This document shows, one piece after another, positions 1 to 10,035 of a stretch of DNA of 64,000 bases (its first letter is position 1; each line of letters opens with the position of its first letter). Where the stretch lies: positions 96,001 through 160,000 of the forward strand of contig JBBQQR010000001.1 of NCBI GenBank assembly GCA_038215615.1, read 5' to 3'. The notes below the pieces were generated by a model, which saw only the letters and a list, made by a program, of their open reading frames with translations, did not search any database and had not been told where the DNA came from. Source of the DNA: Vulcanimicrobiales bacterium (GTDB lineage Bacteria > Vulcanimicrobiota > Vulcanimicrobiia > Vulcanimicrobiales > Vulcanimicrobiaceae). Position numbers and translations under genes: made by a program.

Positions 1-341
1 GCCGATTGCACCGCGTTCTGCACGTCGCTGGCCGCGGTGTCGAGATTCGTGCCGAGATTAAAAGTCGCGGTAATCGAGCTCGTGCCGTTGTCTGAACTCG
101 TCGAGGTGACGTAACGCAGCCCCTCGACGCCGTTGACGGCCTGCTCCAGCGGCGTCGTGACGGCGGATTCCACCGCTTGGGCGTTCGCGCCGGTGAAGTT
201 GGCGTTGATCGTTACCACCGGCGGCGCGATCTGCGGGTATTGCGCGATCGGCAAAGTCGGGATGACGATAAGTCCCGCAATAACGATGACCAGGGAACAG
301 ACGGCCGCGAGTATCGGCCGCCGCAAAAAGAACGGCGTCAT
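1..341 (-). CDS. RND efflux transporter permease (AcrB/HAE1 family), 5' part; runs off window start
   Basis: Manual translation from ATG at 341: MTPFFLRRPILAAVCSLVIVIAGLIVIPTLPIAQYPQIAPPVVTINANFTGANAQAVESAVTTPLEQAVNGVEGL, the classic AcrB N-terminus. Not in the ORF track. Confidence 0.93.
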   Translation of the reverse strand, partial: MTPFFLRRPILAAVCSLVIVIAGLIVIPTLPIAQYPQIAPPVVTINANFTGANAQAVESAVTTPLEQAVNGVEGLRYVTSTSSDNGTSSITATFNLGTNLDTAASDVQNAVQS

Positions 342-365
342 CCTTCGACAGGCTCAGGACAGGCT
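342..365. repeat. REP-like short repeat, copy 1 (CCTTCGACAGGCTCAGGACAGGCT), intergenic
   Basis: 23/24 identical to 38658-38681; shares its core with 1307-1330. Confidence 0.8.
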
Positions 366-377
366 ACGAGCACTGAA

Positions 378-1259
378 TTATAGGAAAGCCTGTTCGGCGT
401 GATAGGAGCTGCGCGAAAGCGGGCTCGAAACGACTTGATGGAAGCCTTTGGTTCGCGCGAGAACCCCAAGTTGCGCGAATTTCTCCGGATGCACGAAAGT
501 TTCGACGGGCAGATGTTTTTTCGTAGGCTGCAAATACTGGCCCATCGTGAAGATGTCTACGCCCACTGAGCGCGCGTCGTCCATGACGTGCTCGATCTCT
601 TCGTCGGTCTCGCCTAGTCCGATCATGATCGAGGTTTTCGCGTAACGTTCCGGCGCGCGTTTCTTGGCGTGTTCCAAGATGCTTAGCGATTGGTCGTACT
701 TGGCGCGCTTGTCGCGAACGCGCGGCGTAAGCCGGCGTACCGTTTCCAGGTTGTGCGCGAAGACGTCGGGTTTCGCGTCAAGGACGATGTCGAGCGCGTT
801 GAGGTCGCCGCGATAGTCGCCGCTCAAAATCTCCACGCGCGATCCCGGTACGCGTTGGTGAATCTCGCGCACGGTATTTGCGAAGATGAGCGCGCCACCA
901 TCGGCCAGGTCGTCACGGTCGACGGCCGTCAGCACCAAATACTTCCAGCCCAGGTCGCGGACAGCTTCGGCGACGCGCACCGGCTCCATCCAGTCAACAA
1001 CGCCCTTCGGATTTCCGGTCTTTACGCTGCAGAAGCGGCAGCCGCGCGTACACGTGTCGCCGAGAATCATAATCGTCGCGGTTCCGGCGCCCCAGCACTC
1101 CGCGAGGTTTGGGCACATCGCTTCTTGGCAGACCGTGTTCAAGCGCAGCCCCGTTACTTCGCGCTTCACGCGCTCGTAATCGTCGCCGTGCGGCAGTTTC
1201 ACTTTCAGCCACTCCGGCTTCGGCACGCGCTGCTCGCGGGTTAAGTCGACGTGAATCAC
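378..1259 (-). CDS. lipA: Lipoyl synthase
   Basis: CQEAMCPNLAECW auxiliary cluster motif, CTRGCRFC radical SAM motif, C-terminal RSSY. Confidence 0.97.
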   Translation of the reverse strand: MIHVDLTREQRVPKPEWLKVKLPHGDDYERVKREVTGLRLNTVCQEAMCPNLAECWGAGTATIMILGDTCTRGCRFCSVKTGNPKGVVDWMEPVRVAEAVRDLGWKYLVLTAVDRDDLADGGALIFANTVREIHQRVPGSRVEILSGDYRGDLNALDIVLDAKPDVFAHNLETVRRLTPRVRDKRAKYDQSLSILEHAKKRAPERYAKTSIMIGLGETDEEIEHVMDDARSVGVDIFTMGQYLQPTKKHLPVETFVHPEKFAQLGVLARTKGFHQVVSSPLSRSSYHAEQAFL

Positions 1260-1972
1260 GCGACCGAACGCCCCTCGACTTGCGCACTAACGTGCGCAGC
1301 TCGGGGTCCTTCGACGAGCTCAGGATGACAATCCGGGACCCACTCTAACGAAAATTCACGAGCGAACGCGTCGAGCAATGCATCACGTGCTTCCGCGATC
1401 GAAACGGCGCGGCCGGTTTCTTTCGAGAGGCTCGTGAGTCCGCGATCGCTCAAGCCACACGGATGTATGAGCGCGTCGTAGTTGAGATCATTGGAGACGT
1501 TGAGCGCGATGCCGTGCATCGACGTCATCTTTCTTACCGCCAACCCGATCGCGCAGAGTTGATCGTTGCCCACCCAAACGCCCGCATGATCGGCGAACCG
1601 TTCTCCGCGAACGCCGAACCGTGCGCAGGCTTCGATGACCGCGCTCTCAAGCGCGCGGACGAGCGGAACGACTTCGCGAAAGCGCGCCAGGCGCCGTATC
1701 GGGTAGACGACGAGTTGCCCGGGACCATGAAACGTAACGTCGCCGCCGCGTTCGATCTCGACGAGATCGATGCGGCGCTCCGCCAGCGCTTCCTTTGAAA
1801 GAAGAACATTGCCGGTCTTGGCGTTGCGCCCGAGCGTAATAACCGGCGGATGCTGTACGAAGATCCACGTCTGGGGGTCTTGGCCGCTGCCGACCCGTTC
1901 GTGTAACTCGCGCTGCATCTGCCAAATCTCGCGGTAAGGCCGCAACCCTAGGTCGAGCACCCTGGCGTTCAT
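1256..1972 (-). CDS. lipB: Lipoyl(octanoyl) transferase
   Basis: QHPPVITLGR, RGGDVTFHGPGQLVVYP, HGIALNV, PCGL motifs; adjacent to lipA. Confidence 0.96.
   Translation of the reverse strand: MNARVLDLGLRPYREIWQMQRELHERVGSGQDPQTWIFVQHPPVITLGRNAKTGNVLLSKEALAERRIDLVEIERGGDVTFHGPGQLVVYPIRRLARFREVVPLVRALESAVIEACARFGVRGERFADHAGVWVGNDQLCAIGLAVRKMTSMHGIALNVSNDLNYDALIHPCGLSDRGLTSLSKETGRAVSIAEARDALLDAFAREFSLEWVPDCHPELVEGPRAAHVSAQVEGRSVA
1307..1330. repeat. REP-like short repeat, copy 2, inside lipB 3' end (encodes CHPELVEG)
   Basis: TCCTTCGACGAGCTCAGGATGACA shares core CCTTCGAC-NN-GCTCAGG with the copies at 342 and 38658. Confidence 0.7.
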
Positions 1973-1987
1973 TCAGCCTCTAGAATC

Positions 1988-3439
1988 TTATTTTGCAGCC
2001 GCCGGTTGCGGCGCCTTGGGTTTGGGGTTCACGATGTGAATCGCTTTGCCGTGGGCTGCTTCGGCGGCGTCCATGATGCTTTCGGTCAGCGTCGGATGCG
2101 GGTGGATGGAGAGGCCGATGTCTTCGAGCGTGGCCCCCATCTCGAGTGCGATCACGCCTTCGCCGATTAGTGACTCTGCCTGTGGCGCCACGATATGCAT
2201 GCCGAGCAGCATGTCGGTCTTGGCGTCGCCGACGAGTTTGATGAGGCCGTCGGTTTCATTCATGGTGCGCGCTCGCCCGCTGGCTTTGAGCGGGAATTTT
2301 CCGATGCGCAACTCATGACCGGCGGCTTTGGCCTCTTCCTCGGAAAGACCGACAGTGGCGACTTCGGGATCGGTGTAGACGCAATTGGGAATCGCAACCG
2401 GATCGAAGGCGGCGGATTTATCGCCGGCGATCACTTCGGCGGCGATAACGCCTTCTTTCATGGCCTTGTGCGCGAGCAGCGGCATTCCGGCGATGTCGCC
2501 GATCGCGAAAATATTTTTGACTTTCGTGCGGCGCTGCTGGTCGACGTCGACGAAGCCGCGCTCGTTCGTCTGCAGTCCCGCCGCTGGTAAATTCAAATTG
2601 TCGCTGACGGGGCGCCGGCCGACGGCAACGAGGACGCAGTCGAAGTCGCGCGTTTCGTCTTTGCCGTTGGTGCCTTCCCCATTGAATGTGGCTTTGACGG
2701 TCTTGCCGTCTTTCTTCACGGCGCCCACTTTCGTGTTCACCATCATCTCGACGCCCTGTTTTCTCAGAATACGGCCGAGCTCTTTACCGATCTCCAGATC
2801 TGTGCCGCTCAATATCTGCGGCATCATCTCGACGACCAGCACTTTCGCACCAAGCCGGGTATAGACTGTCGCAAATTCTAAGCCGATAACGCCGCCGCCG
2901 ATGATGAGCAGTGTCTTGGGAACCGATTTGAGTTGTACGGCGTCGTCGGAGTTAATGATCGTCTCGCCATCGCGCGGCCAGGCTTTCACGTCGAGGGGCG
3001 CCGACCCGGTCGCGATGACGGCGAACTCCGCCTTTATCGTATCGGTGCCGCCCTCTTTGGTCTTGACCGTGATTTCGCCGGCGCTCTTAAAGGAAGCTTC
3101 GCCGTACATAAATTGCACGTTGTTGAATTTGAAGAGCTGCTTCACGCCGCCCACGTTGGCGTTGACGACCTCGGTCTTGAACTTTGCGACGCCTTCGCGA
3201 TCCACTTGCGCTTTGGGGACTTTGAGCCCGAGAGCGTCGGCATGATCGATCTGCCGCACGATTTCACCGACGTGCAGCAGAGCCTTCGTGGGGATGCATC
3301 CCCAATTCAAGCAAACGCCGCCCACCTCGTCGCGGTCTACGCAAATGACTTTCTTCCCCAGTTGCCCTAACCGGATCGCGGCGTGATAGCCGCCCGGACC
3401 TGCGCCGATAACGACGGCGTCGACTTGATGCTCTGCCAT
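1988..3439 (-). CDS. lpdA: Dihydrolipoyl dehydrogenase
   Basis: GAGPGG FAD motif, GGVCLNWGCIPTK redox disulfide, HPHPTLTE C-terminal motif. Confidence 0.97.
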   Translation of the reverse strand: MAEHQVDAVVIGAGPGGYHAAIRLGQLGKKVICVDRDEVGGVCLNWGCIPTKALLHVGEIVRQIDHADALGLKVPKAQVDREGVAKFKTEVVNANVGGVKQLFKFNNVQFMYGEASFKSAGEITVKTKEGGTDTIKAEFAVIATGSAPLDVKAWPRDGETIINSDDAVQLKSVPKTLLIIGGGVIGLEFATVYTRLGAKVLVVEMMPQILSGTDLEIGKELGRILRKQGVEMMVNTKVGAVKKDGKTVKATFNGEGTNGKDETRDFDCVLVAVGRRPVSDNLNLPAAGLQTNERGFVDVDQQRRTKVKNIFAIGDIAGMPLLAHKAMKEGVIAAEVIAGDKSAAFDPVAIPNCVYTDPEVATVGLSEEEAKAAGHELRIGKFPLKASGRARTMNETDGLIKLVGDAKTDMLLGMHIVAPQAESLIGEGVIALEMGATLEDIGLSIHPHPTLTESIMDAAEAAHGKAIHIVNPKPKAPQPAAAK

Positions 3440-3488
3440 GAAATTCGGCTTCGACGGGCTCGTGCGCGCCTCCGCCGAAGCACCGGGC

Positions 3489-4337
3489 GTGAAGCCGATT
3501 CAGCGACGGTTGCTTTCTTGGTATGCGAAAAACGGCCGGGCGAGCTTGCCGTGGCGAAAAACACGCGACCCGTACCGCATTCTGGTGAGCGAGTTCATGC
3601 TGCAGCAAACGCAAGTCGATCGCGTTCTGCCGAAGTACCGCGCATTTCTCAAGCGCTTTCCAAGCATGCGAAATTTGGCTGCCGCTTCGCTGGGCGATGT
3701 CATTCGCGAATGGCAAGGGCTCGGATACAATTCGCGCGCCGTTCGATTGAAGCGCATCGCGGAAGCGGTCGTTTTGCAATTCGGCGGGGCGATGCCGCTC
3801 GATCTGCGATCGCTTCGAAGCCTGAACGGCATCGGTCCCTACACTGCCGCGGCGTTGCGCGCGTTTGCCTTTGAGTACGACGACGCGGCCGTCGACACGA
3901 ACGTGCGCCGAGTGGTACAACGTCTAACGCTCGGTACGGAAGAACCGCAAGCGCTCGTTCCGCACGGGCGGGGACACGATTGGAATTCGGCGCTGATGGA
4001 TTTTGGCGCGGCCGTTTGCACGGCGCGGGCGCCCAAGTGCGCGGTCTGCCCGTTAAAAACGGTTTGCGCGTCATTTCCAATCGATCCGTCCGATCTGAAG
4101 CGCAAGCGCGCGACGGCAAAAGCGATCCCGTTCGAAAAGACCACCCGGTTCGCGCGCGGCCGGATTATCGATCGATTGCGCGAGCTGCCTCCGGGAAAAC
4201 GCGTGTCGCTGCTCGTCTTGCACCGCGAACTCGAGCTGCCGGGCCGCTCGGCGCAGGACTTCTCGGCGCTCGTTGAGGCGCTCGCGCGCGACGGTCTGGT
4301 GAGCGTTGCAAACAGGCAGGTCGCTCTTAGCGATTAG
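3489..4337 (+). CDS. mutY: A/G-specific adenine glycosylase (short form lacking the NUDIX-like C-terminal domain)
   Basis: LPWRK..DPYRILVSEFMLQQTQV, WQGLGYNSRA, GIGPYTA, VDTNV, C-x6-C-x2-C-x5-C. GTG 3489 preferred over ATG 3438, which overlaps the lpdA start. Confidence 0.9.
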   Translation: MKPIQRRLLSWYAKNGRASLPWRKTRDPYRILVSEFMLQQTQVDRVLPKYRAFLKRFPSMRNLAAASLGDVIREWQGLGYNSRAVRLKRIAEAVVLQFGGAMPLDLRSLRSLNGIGPYTAAALRAFAFEYDDAAVDTNVRRVVQRLTLGTEEPQALVPHGRGHDWNSALMDFGAAVCTARAPKCAVCPLKTVCASFPIDPSDLKRKRATAKAIPFEKTTRFARGRIIDRLRELPPGKRVSLLVLHRELELPGRSAQDFSALVEALARDGLVSVANRQVALSD

Positions 4338-4352
4338 CGTACACTCGCGTTA

Positions 4353-6344
4353 ATGCGCTTAGCAATAATCGCCGCGGTTTCTATCGCGGTTTTGTTCCCG
4401 GCGGCGGCCTCCGCCCGCACCGTTGACTTCAGCGATCTTCGCAGCGTCGTCTCGCTGAGCAGTCCTCAAATCTCTCCGGACGGGAAGCGAATCTTGTTCT
4501 TTCGTTCGCGCCCGGACTTTACGAAAGATCGTTCGCAAAGCGATCTGATGCTCATCGACGTGAAGGCGAAGAAGATCCGGCAGCTCACGTATAACCGCCG
4601 GGGTCTGAATTCGGCGCGCTGGTCGCCGGACGGCTCGAGCATCGCGTTCTTGATGTCGACGACGGTTGAGGGTGTCACCGACCCGCAGCAAGAGATTTTT
4701 GTGCTGCCGCTCAATGGCGGCGATCCGCGGCCGGTCACCAAAGCCGAACAAGGCGTGGATGGATTCGCTTGGAGTCCAAACGGTTCGCAATTTGCGTTCA
4801 TCACTCAGGATCCGAATCCGTACAAGAAGCAGGTCGACGCGCATCTCGACGCTTTCGAAGTCGGCGCCAACGATTATCTGCACACCGAAGCTGCGATTCC
4901 GTCGCATCTTTGGATCATCGGGACGAACGGTGGCACGGCAAAGCGGCTCACGAGCGGTTCGTGGAGTTTGGGCATCGTCGATCCCGGCGCGACCTCGGGT
5001 CTTTCGTGGTCGCCGGATGGAACCAAGATCGCGTTCGATCATTTTCCGACCGCGATTAACGGCGATGCGCTGGGGACGGTGGTCGATGTCATCGACGTGC
5101 GCACCGGAAAGCGTACGCCGCTCACGGGAAATACAGGATTGGAAGGTGGCGGAACGTTCGCGCCCTCCGGCACGGCGATCGCCTACTCCCGCAACGCCGG
5201 CGGCGACGCGACCAACGGAAACGCCATTTACGTCACGCGCTTGGGCGGCGGTCCCGGCAAAGATATTCGCAAGCAGATCGATCGCACGATCAATGGAACG
5301 GCGTGGGCTCCGAACGGCAATGCGATGTGGCTCTTCGGGCCGGATAGATCGAGCGTGGCCGCATGGTACGTTACGCTCGCCGGCGCGACCAAACGCGTCA
5401 ATCTGGGCAACGTCGCGGTCTCGCAAACGGGACAAGCCGCGCGTCAAACCGGCGCGCTGCCGTTCGTCGGTACGACAACGGGGCATCCGGCGGAACTCTA
5501 CTATCTCGCATCGCCTGATTCGAAGCCGGTGCGCCTGACGAATTACAACGGTTTCATAAGTACACTGCAGCTGGGCCGCGTCGTCGAGATGAATTGGAAG
5601 AACGATGGTTTCGCTGAAGACGGCGTGCTTACGCTGCCGCCCGGTTACAACCCGCAGAAAACCTATCCGCTGGTTCTCGTAATTCATGGCGGCCCGCAAT
5701 CGGCGTCGACGCTGGCGTGGAACAGTCAGAATCAGCTCTTTGCCGCGCACGGTTATCTGGTCTTCAATCCCAATTACCGCGGCAGCACGAATCTGGGCGA
5801 TCGCTACGAGCACGCGATCTGGCACGACGCCGGCGCCGGCCCGGGACGCGACGTGATGGCGGGCATCGCGACCGTCGAGAAAGCTTATAAGGTAGATACG
5901 AGCCGCATGGCGGTCACGGGGTGGTCGTATGGCGGCTACATGACGTCGTGGATGACGGGCCACTACAACATTTGGAAGGCGGCTGTCGCCGGCGCGGCGC
6001 TCAACGACTGGTTCGACGATTACAACGTCGCGTTTTATGTCTACACGGACGTACCGTGGTTTGGCGGATCCCCCTGGAATCCAAAATACGCGGCAATGTG
6101 GCGCGAGCAGTCGCCGATTACCTACGCCCAATCGATTAAAGCGCCAACGCTGATCATGGGCGACATCGGCGACAACAACGTGACGATCACCAATTCATTC
6201 AAGATGTATCACGCGCTGAGAGATAACGGCGTGCCGGTACAGTTCGTGGCCTATCCGGTGCATGGGCATTTCCCGAGCGACCCCGTTCGTTCCGAAGATG
6301 TGACGCGACGCTGGCTGGCCTGGATCGACCGGTACTTGAGGTAA
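4353..6344 (+). CDS. Secreted S9 family (prolyl oligopeptidase/acylaminoacyl peptidase-like) peptidase
   Basis: Signal peptide, WSPDG propeller repeats, HGGP, GWSYGG nucleophile motif, downstream Asp and His. Confidence 0.93.
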   Translation: MRLAIIAAVSIAVLFPAAASARTVDFSDLRSVVSLSSPQISPDGKRILFFRSRPDFTKDRSQSDLMLIDVKAKKIRQLTYNRRGLNSARWSPDGSSIAFLMSTTVEGVTDPQQEIFVLPLNGGDPRPVTKAEQGVDGFAWSPNGSQFAFITQDPNPYKKQVDAHLDAFEVGANDYLHTEAAIPSHLWIIGTNGGTAKRLTSGSWSLGIVDPGATSGLSWSPDGTKIAFDHFPTAINGDALGTVVDVIDVRTGKRTPLTGNTGLEGGGTFAPSGTAIAYSRNAGGDATNGNAIYVTRLGGGPGKDIRKQIDRTINGTAWAPNGNAMWLFGPDRSSVAAWYVTLAGATKRVNLGNVAVSQTGQAARQTGALPFVGTTTGHPAELYYLASPDSKPVRLTNYNGFISTLQLGRVVEMNWKNDGFAEDGVLTLPPGYNPQKTYPLVLVIHGGPQSASTLAWNSQNQLFAAHGYLVFNPNYRGSTNLGDRYEHAIWHDAGAGPGRDVMAGIATVEKAYKVDTSRMAVTGWSYGGYMTSWMTGHYNIWKAAVAGAALNDWFDDYNVAFYVYTDVPWFGGSPWNPKYAAMWREQSPITYAQSIKAPTLIMGDIGDNNVTITNSFKMYHALRDNGVPVQFVAYPVHGHFPSDPVRSEDVTRRWLAWIDRYLR

Positions 6345-6346
6345 TC

Positions 6347-8353
6347 ATGAAATACTTCGTTTTGATTTTGGCGCTCGTTCTTGCCACGGTAAGTTCGGCG
6401 ACGGCGCGTACGATGGTCTTGGACGACATGAAAACGCTGTCGGGCCTCTCGGAGCCGACGCTTTCGCCCGACGGCAGCTTGATCGCGTTCATTCTTTCGC
6501 AGCCCGATTATAAGGCGGATCGCAGCACGCGAACGCTGATGCTCTACGATTTGCGTGACTCCAGTACGCGGCCGCTGACCTCGGCGCGACGCGGCATAGC
6601 TTCTCCGGCGTGGTCGCCCGATGGACGGCGCCTGGCATTTCTTTCGATAACGGGCGAAGGCGACAAAGCCGCGGAGCAGATCTTCGTTTTGGATATGCGC
6701 GGCGGCGATGCTGCGCAGCTGACGCACGCAGCAAACGGCGTCGAACAATTTACGTGGCGGCCCGACGGTGGCGCGATCGCGTACGTTACGCCCGACGATC
6801 CGGCGAACAAAAAAGACATCGCGCACCATCTCGACGCGTTCGTGGTGGGCGATCAAGCCTACCAAGAGAAGGCCGCGCCGGCGCCTAACCACATGTGGAT
6901 CATCAACGCCGGCGGCAGCGGCGACAAGCGCTTGACGCAAGGTACGTGGAGCTTACCCACAGCTACGCCGCCGGGCTCGCCCGCGTCGCCGCTGTCGTGG
7001 TCGCCGGACGGGAAATCGATTCTCTTCACGCGCATGCCGAATGCCTACGATAGCGACGGCTATTTGGCAACGGTCGACGTGCTAGACGTGCAAAGCGGCG
7101 CGATTCGCACCCTGACGTCACATGGTAAGTACGAAGGGTACGGCAGTTTTTCGCCGGACGGAACCAAAATCGCGTACTGGTATCCGTTTCAGGGCGATCC
7201 TTCAGCGCAAAACGATGTTCTGGTGACCTCGCCGGCGGGGGGCAACGGCAATGATGTTACCGCCGACGACCTAGACACGAACGTTCTGCGAGCGATCTGG
7301 ATGCCGGATTCGAAATCGTTAATGGTTGCGGGGCACAAGGGAACGGATGCCGCGCTTTGGATGAAGCCGCTCGACGGCGCCGCGCAGCGCTTAGCGCTCG
7401 GGCCAGTACAGCCCGTGCAGCCGTTCTGGCTCGACGCGAGCGTCAGCAACACAGGCGCGATCGCATTTACCGGAAGCGAAGCGAATCATCCGAACGAGCT
7501 CTATTACATGAGCTCGGCCACGGCCACACCCAGGCGTTTAACGTCTTATAACGATGCGGTCGCGAAACTCGATCTTGGAAAAGTTCAGCCGGTTACGTGG
7601 TCGTTCGAGGGCTTTTCCGAGAACGGTACGCTGACATATCCGCCGGGCTATGACGCGAGCAAGGCGTATCCGCTCGTTCTTGTGGTTCACGGCGGTCCGA
7701 ATTCGGCTTCGATTCTTTCGTTCAGCACGCTCAACCAGCTGTTGGCCGCGCGCGGCTTCCTGGTGTTCAATCCGAATTACCGCGGAAGCGACAACCAAGG
7801 CGAGAAATACTGGCACGCCATTTTCAACGACGCGGGAGCCGGACCGGGCCGCGACGTGATGGCGGGCATCGCGGCCGTCGAACAGACGGCGCACGTCGAT
7901 CCCACGCGCATCGGCGTTTCCGGATGGTCTTACGGTGGTTTCATGACGTCCTGGCTCGAGAGCCACTACGATATCTGGAAGGCGGCGGTTGCCGGCGCGG
8001 CGGTCAACAACTGGGTTGACGAGTACGCGCTTTCGGACAACAATATCACGGTCGGCATCTCGCAGTTAGCGGGTTCGCCGTACGTCGGAAGCAACATGGA
8101 GGCCTACCGCGCACAGTCACCGATCACGTACGCTTGGAACATTACTGCGCCCACGCTTATTCTCAGCGACACGGGAGATATGCGCGTTCCCATCACTCAG
8201 TCGTATGAAATGTTCCGCGCGCTTAAAGATCACGGCGTAACGACGCGTTTCTTCGCATTTCCCGTTTCGGGCCATTCGCCGGGCGATCCGGTTCGCGCGA
8301 TGGATGTCAACCGCCGCTGGGTTGACTGGCTCGTCCAGTATTTGAAACCCTAA
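6347..8353 (+). CDS. Secreted S9 family peptidase, tandem paralog
   Basis: Same architecture; GWSYGG, and DAGAGPGRDVMAGIA identical to the upstream paralog. Confidence 0.93.
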   Translation: MKYFVLILALVLATVSSATARTMVLDDMKTLSGLSEPTLSPDGSLIAFILSQPDYKADRSTRTLMLYDLRDSSTRPLTSARRGIASPAWSPDGRRLAFLSITGEGDKAAEQIFVLDMRGGDAAQLTHAANGVEQFTWRPDGGAIAYVTPDDPANKKDIAHHLDAFVVGDQAYQEKAAPAPNHMWIINAGGSGDKRLTQGTWSLPTATPPGSPASPLSWSPDGKSILFTRMPNAYDSDGYLATVDVLDVQSGAIRTLTSHGKYEGYGSFSPDGTKIAYWYPFQGDPSAQNDVLVTSPAGGNGNDVTADDLDTNVLRAIWMPDSKSLMVAGHKGTDAALWMKPLDGAAQRLALGPVQPVQPFWLDASVSNTGAIAFTGSEANHPNELYYMSSATATPRRLTSYNDAVAKLDLGKVQPVTWSFEGFSENGTLTYPPGYDASKAYPLVLVVHGGPNSASILSFSTLNQLLAARGFLVFNPNYRGSDNQGEKYWHAIFNDAGAGPGRDVMAGIAAVEQTAHVDPTRIGVSGWSYGGFMTSWLESHYDIWKAAVAGAAVNNWVDEYALSDNNITVGISQLAGSPYVGSNMEAYRAQSPITYAWNITAPTLILSDTGDMRVPITQSYEMFRALKDHGVTTRFFAFPVSGHSPGDPVRAMDVNRRWVDWLVQYLKP

Positions 8354-9993
8354 GTCAGAAGCGTGTTCGCCATCATCCCCTGATCTTCGTGGACCAGTTT
8401 GTGGCAGTGGAAGACGTCTTTGCCGCGCCATTGTTTGTAGCGCACGCGCATAACAACGCTGCCGTTGGGCGGTACCCAAACGGTGTCGCTAATGATGGGC
8501 GGATTGTAATTGACGGTGCCGCTCGCGCCGGTTACCGAATGCACTTCGAAAGAGTTGGTGTGCAGATGGAACGGATGGCCTTCGGGCATGTTGTTCGTGA
8601 TCGTCCACACCTCGGAGGCTCCAACCGGTAAGATGAATGCCGGGGGGACGCTCGTCTCGTTGTAGACGGCGCCGTTAACGGTGAGCGCCGTGCCGAAGAG
8701 AACCGACGTCGACGGACTGGCGCTGAACAGAACCGTCCGGTTCCCCGTGATCGCACTATCCGCGATGAGCGGATACTCGCGAGTTGGTGTCGGCAGGGAC
8801 GTTGGAATCGCCATGCTCACCGGAGTTCCCGCAACGGTGATCTGCATGAGGCCGAACGCCGGCCACGGATGCGGATCGGTTGTGTCGGCTACGGCTGAGA
8901 GCAAGTAGCTTCCGGTTGCGGCAGGCGCACGCAGCAGCAACTCGACCCGGCCGCCCATCGTGAGTAAGAGCGGGGCGGTGGCAGTTTGTAAGAGCTGCGG
9001 AGCGAGCACGTTCACTCCGTCGTATCCGATGACATAAACTTCGAAGCCGGGAAGCGAGAGAGGCAAATTCAGCGTGTTCGAGCCGTTGAGAATGCGCAGA
9101 CGAACGACTTCGCCGGGTTGCATCGAAATTTGCGGCGGCGGGGAGGCGGTTGCGACTGGGCAGTTGGATGCGCCGCCGCCGGGGGGACATGATGCTGTGG
9201 GGGCAGTGAAATCAAGCAGATTCACCAGTTGCCCGTTGACGACCGCAAAGAGATAATCGGACCGCGGTTTGAAGCCGCCGCTCGCAGGCGGCTTGTAAGC
9301 CGCATACTCGAGATCGTAGATGGTGGGCGTCGCTGCGCTTGGCTTATTCACGTTGATCGTCTGAAACGCGAGTTGTAAGTCGCGCGCCGCGGCAATCTCC
9401 GGAACGTTGTCGATAGCGCCTTTGACCAGTATGAGGCCCGCCATTCCACCGGAAACTTCAACGTCGGTAGATCCGTGGTGATGCGGATGATACCAGTAGA
9501 GTCCGGGCGGCTGATCTGCGGGAATTGTGAAATTATAGGTGTACGTGCTGCCCGGCTGAATCGCGACCATCATCGCTGCCGGATCGGTGGTGCCGACCGG
9601 ATCGAAGATATGCGGCACCACTTGAACGCCATGGACGTGCAGGTTAGCCGTGTTGAACAGGTGCGGGTTGTTCATCGGGTCGATGCCCGGCCCCGGCGTC
9701 GCAGCTGCCGGATTTGGTGGGAATGCGTTGGTGACGTTGACCGAAAGCTGCTGCCCCGGAACGACCGAAAGGGTTGGTCCCGGAATGGTCCCGTTAAACG
9801 TGCGCGTGCGCAGCGTCTTGCCGGCGAAAACGTGATCTGCATATTGCGTCGTCAGCGTGACTGCGGCCGAAAGCGGCGGCGCAAGGGAACCCGCCCCCGT
9901 AACTACGTTGCATCCTTCGATGGTCAGCACGCCGGCAGTAGCCGCGGCGGCAGCCCCGCCAATGAGAAGATCGCGCCGTGATATATCAGGCAT
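8350..9993 (-). CDS. Multicopper oxidase, Tat-exported (possible lipoprotein)
   Basis: SRRDLL Tat motif from ATG 9993; Cu ligand motifs HVHG, WYHPHHHG, HPFHLH, HCHKLVHEDQGMM. Confidence 0.92.
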   Translation of the reverse strand: MPDISRRDLLIGGAAAAATAGVLTIEGCNVVTGAGSLAPPLSAAVTLTTQYADHVFAGKTLRTRTFNGTIPGPTLSVVPGQQLSVNVTNAFPPNPAAATPGPGIDPMNNPHLFNTANLHVHGVQVVPHIFDPVGTTDPAAMMVAIQPGSTYTYNFTIPADQPPGLYWYHPHHHGSTDVEVSGGMAGLILVKGAIDNVPEIAAARDLQLAFQTINVNKPSAATPTIYDLEYAAYKPPASGGFKPRSDYLFAVVNGQLVNLLDFTAPTASCPPGGGASNCPVATASPPPQISMQPGEVVRLRILNGSNTLNLPLSLPGFEVYVIGYDGVNVLAPQLLQTATAPLLLTMGGRVELLLRAPAATGSYLLSAVADTTDPHPWPAFGLMQITVAGTPVSMAIPTSLPTPTREYPLIADSAITGNRTVLFSASPSTSVLFGTALTVNGAVYNETSVPPAFILPVGASEVWTITNNMPEGHPFHLHTNSFEVHSVTGASGTVNYNPPIISDTVWVPPNGSVVMRVRYKQWRGKDVFHCHKLVHEDQGMMANTLLT

Positions 9994-10035
9994 GCCGTGA
10001 GGATACGTCGGCAGGCGCGGCAAATCCGCCCACGG

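Noticed and set aside
4359..6131. Long antisense or alternate-frame ORFs (also 13120-14799, 22089-23243, 25095-26591, 52891-54213)
   Set aside because: Shadows of well-supported genes in GC-rich DNA; no recognisable motifs
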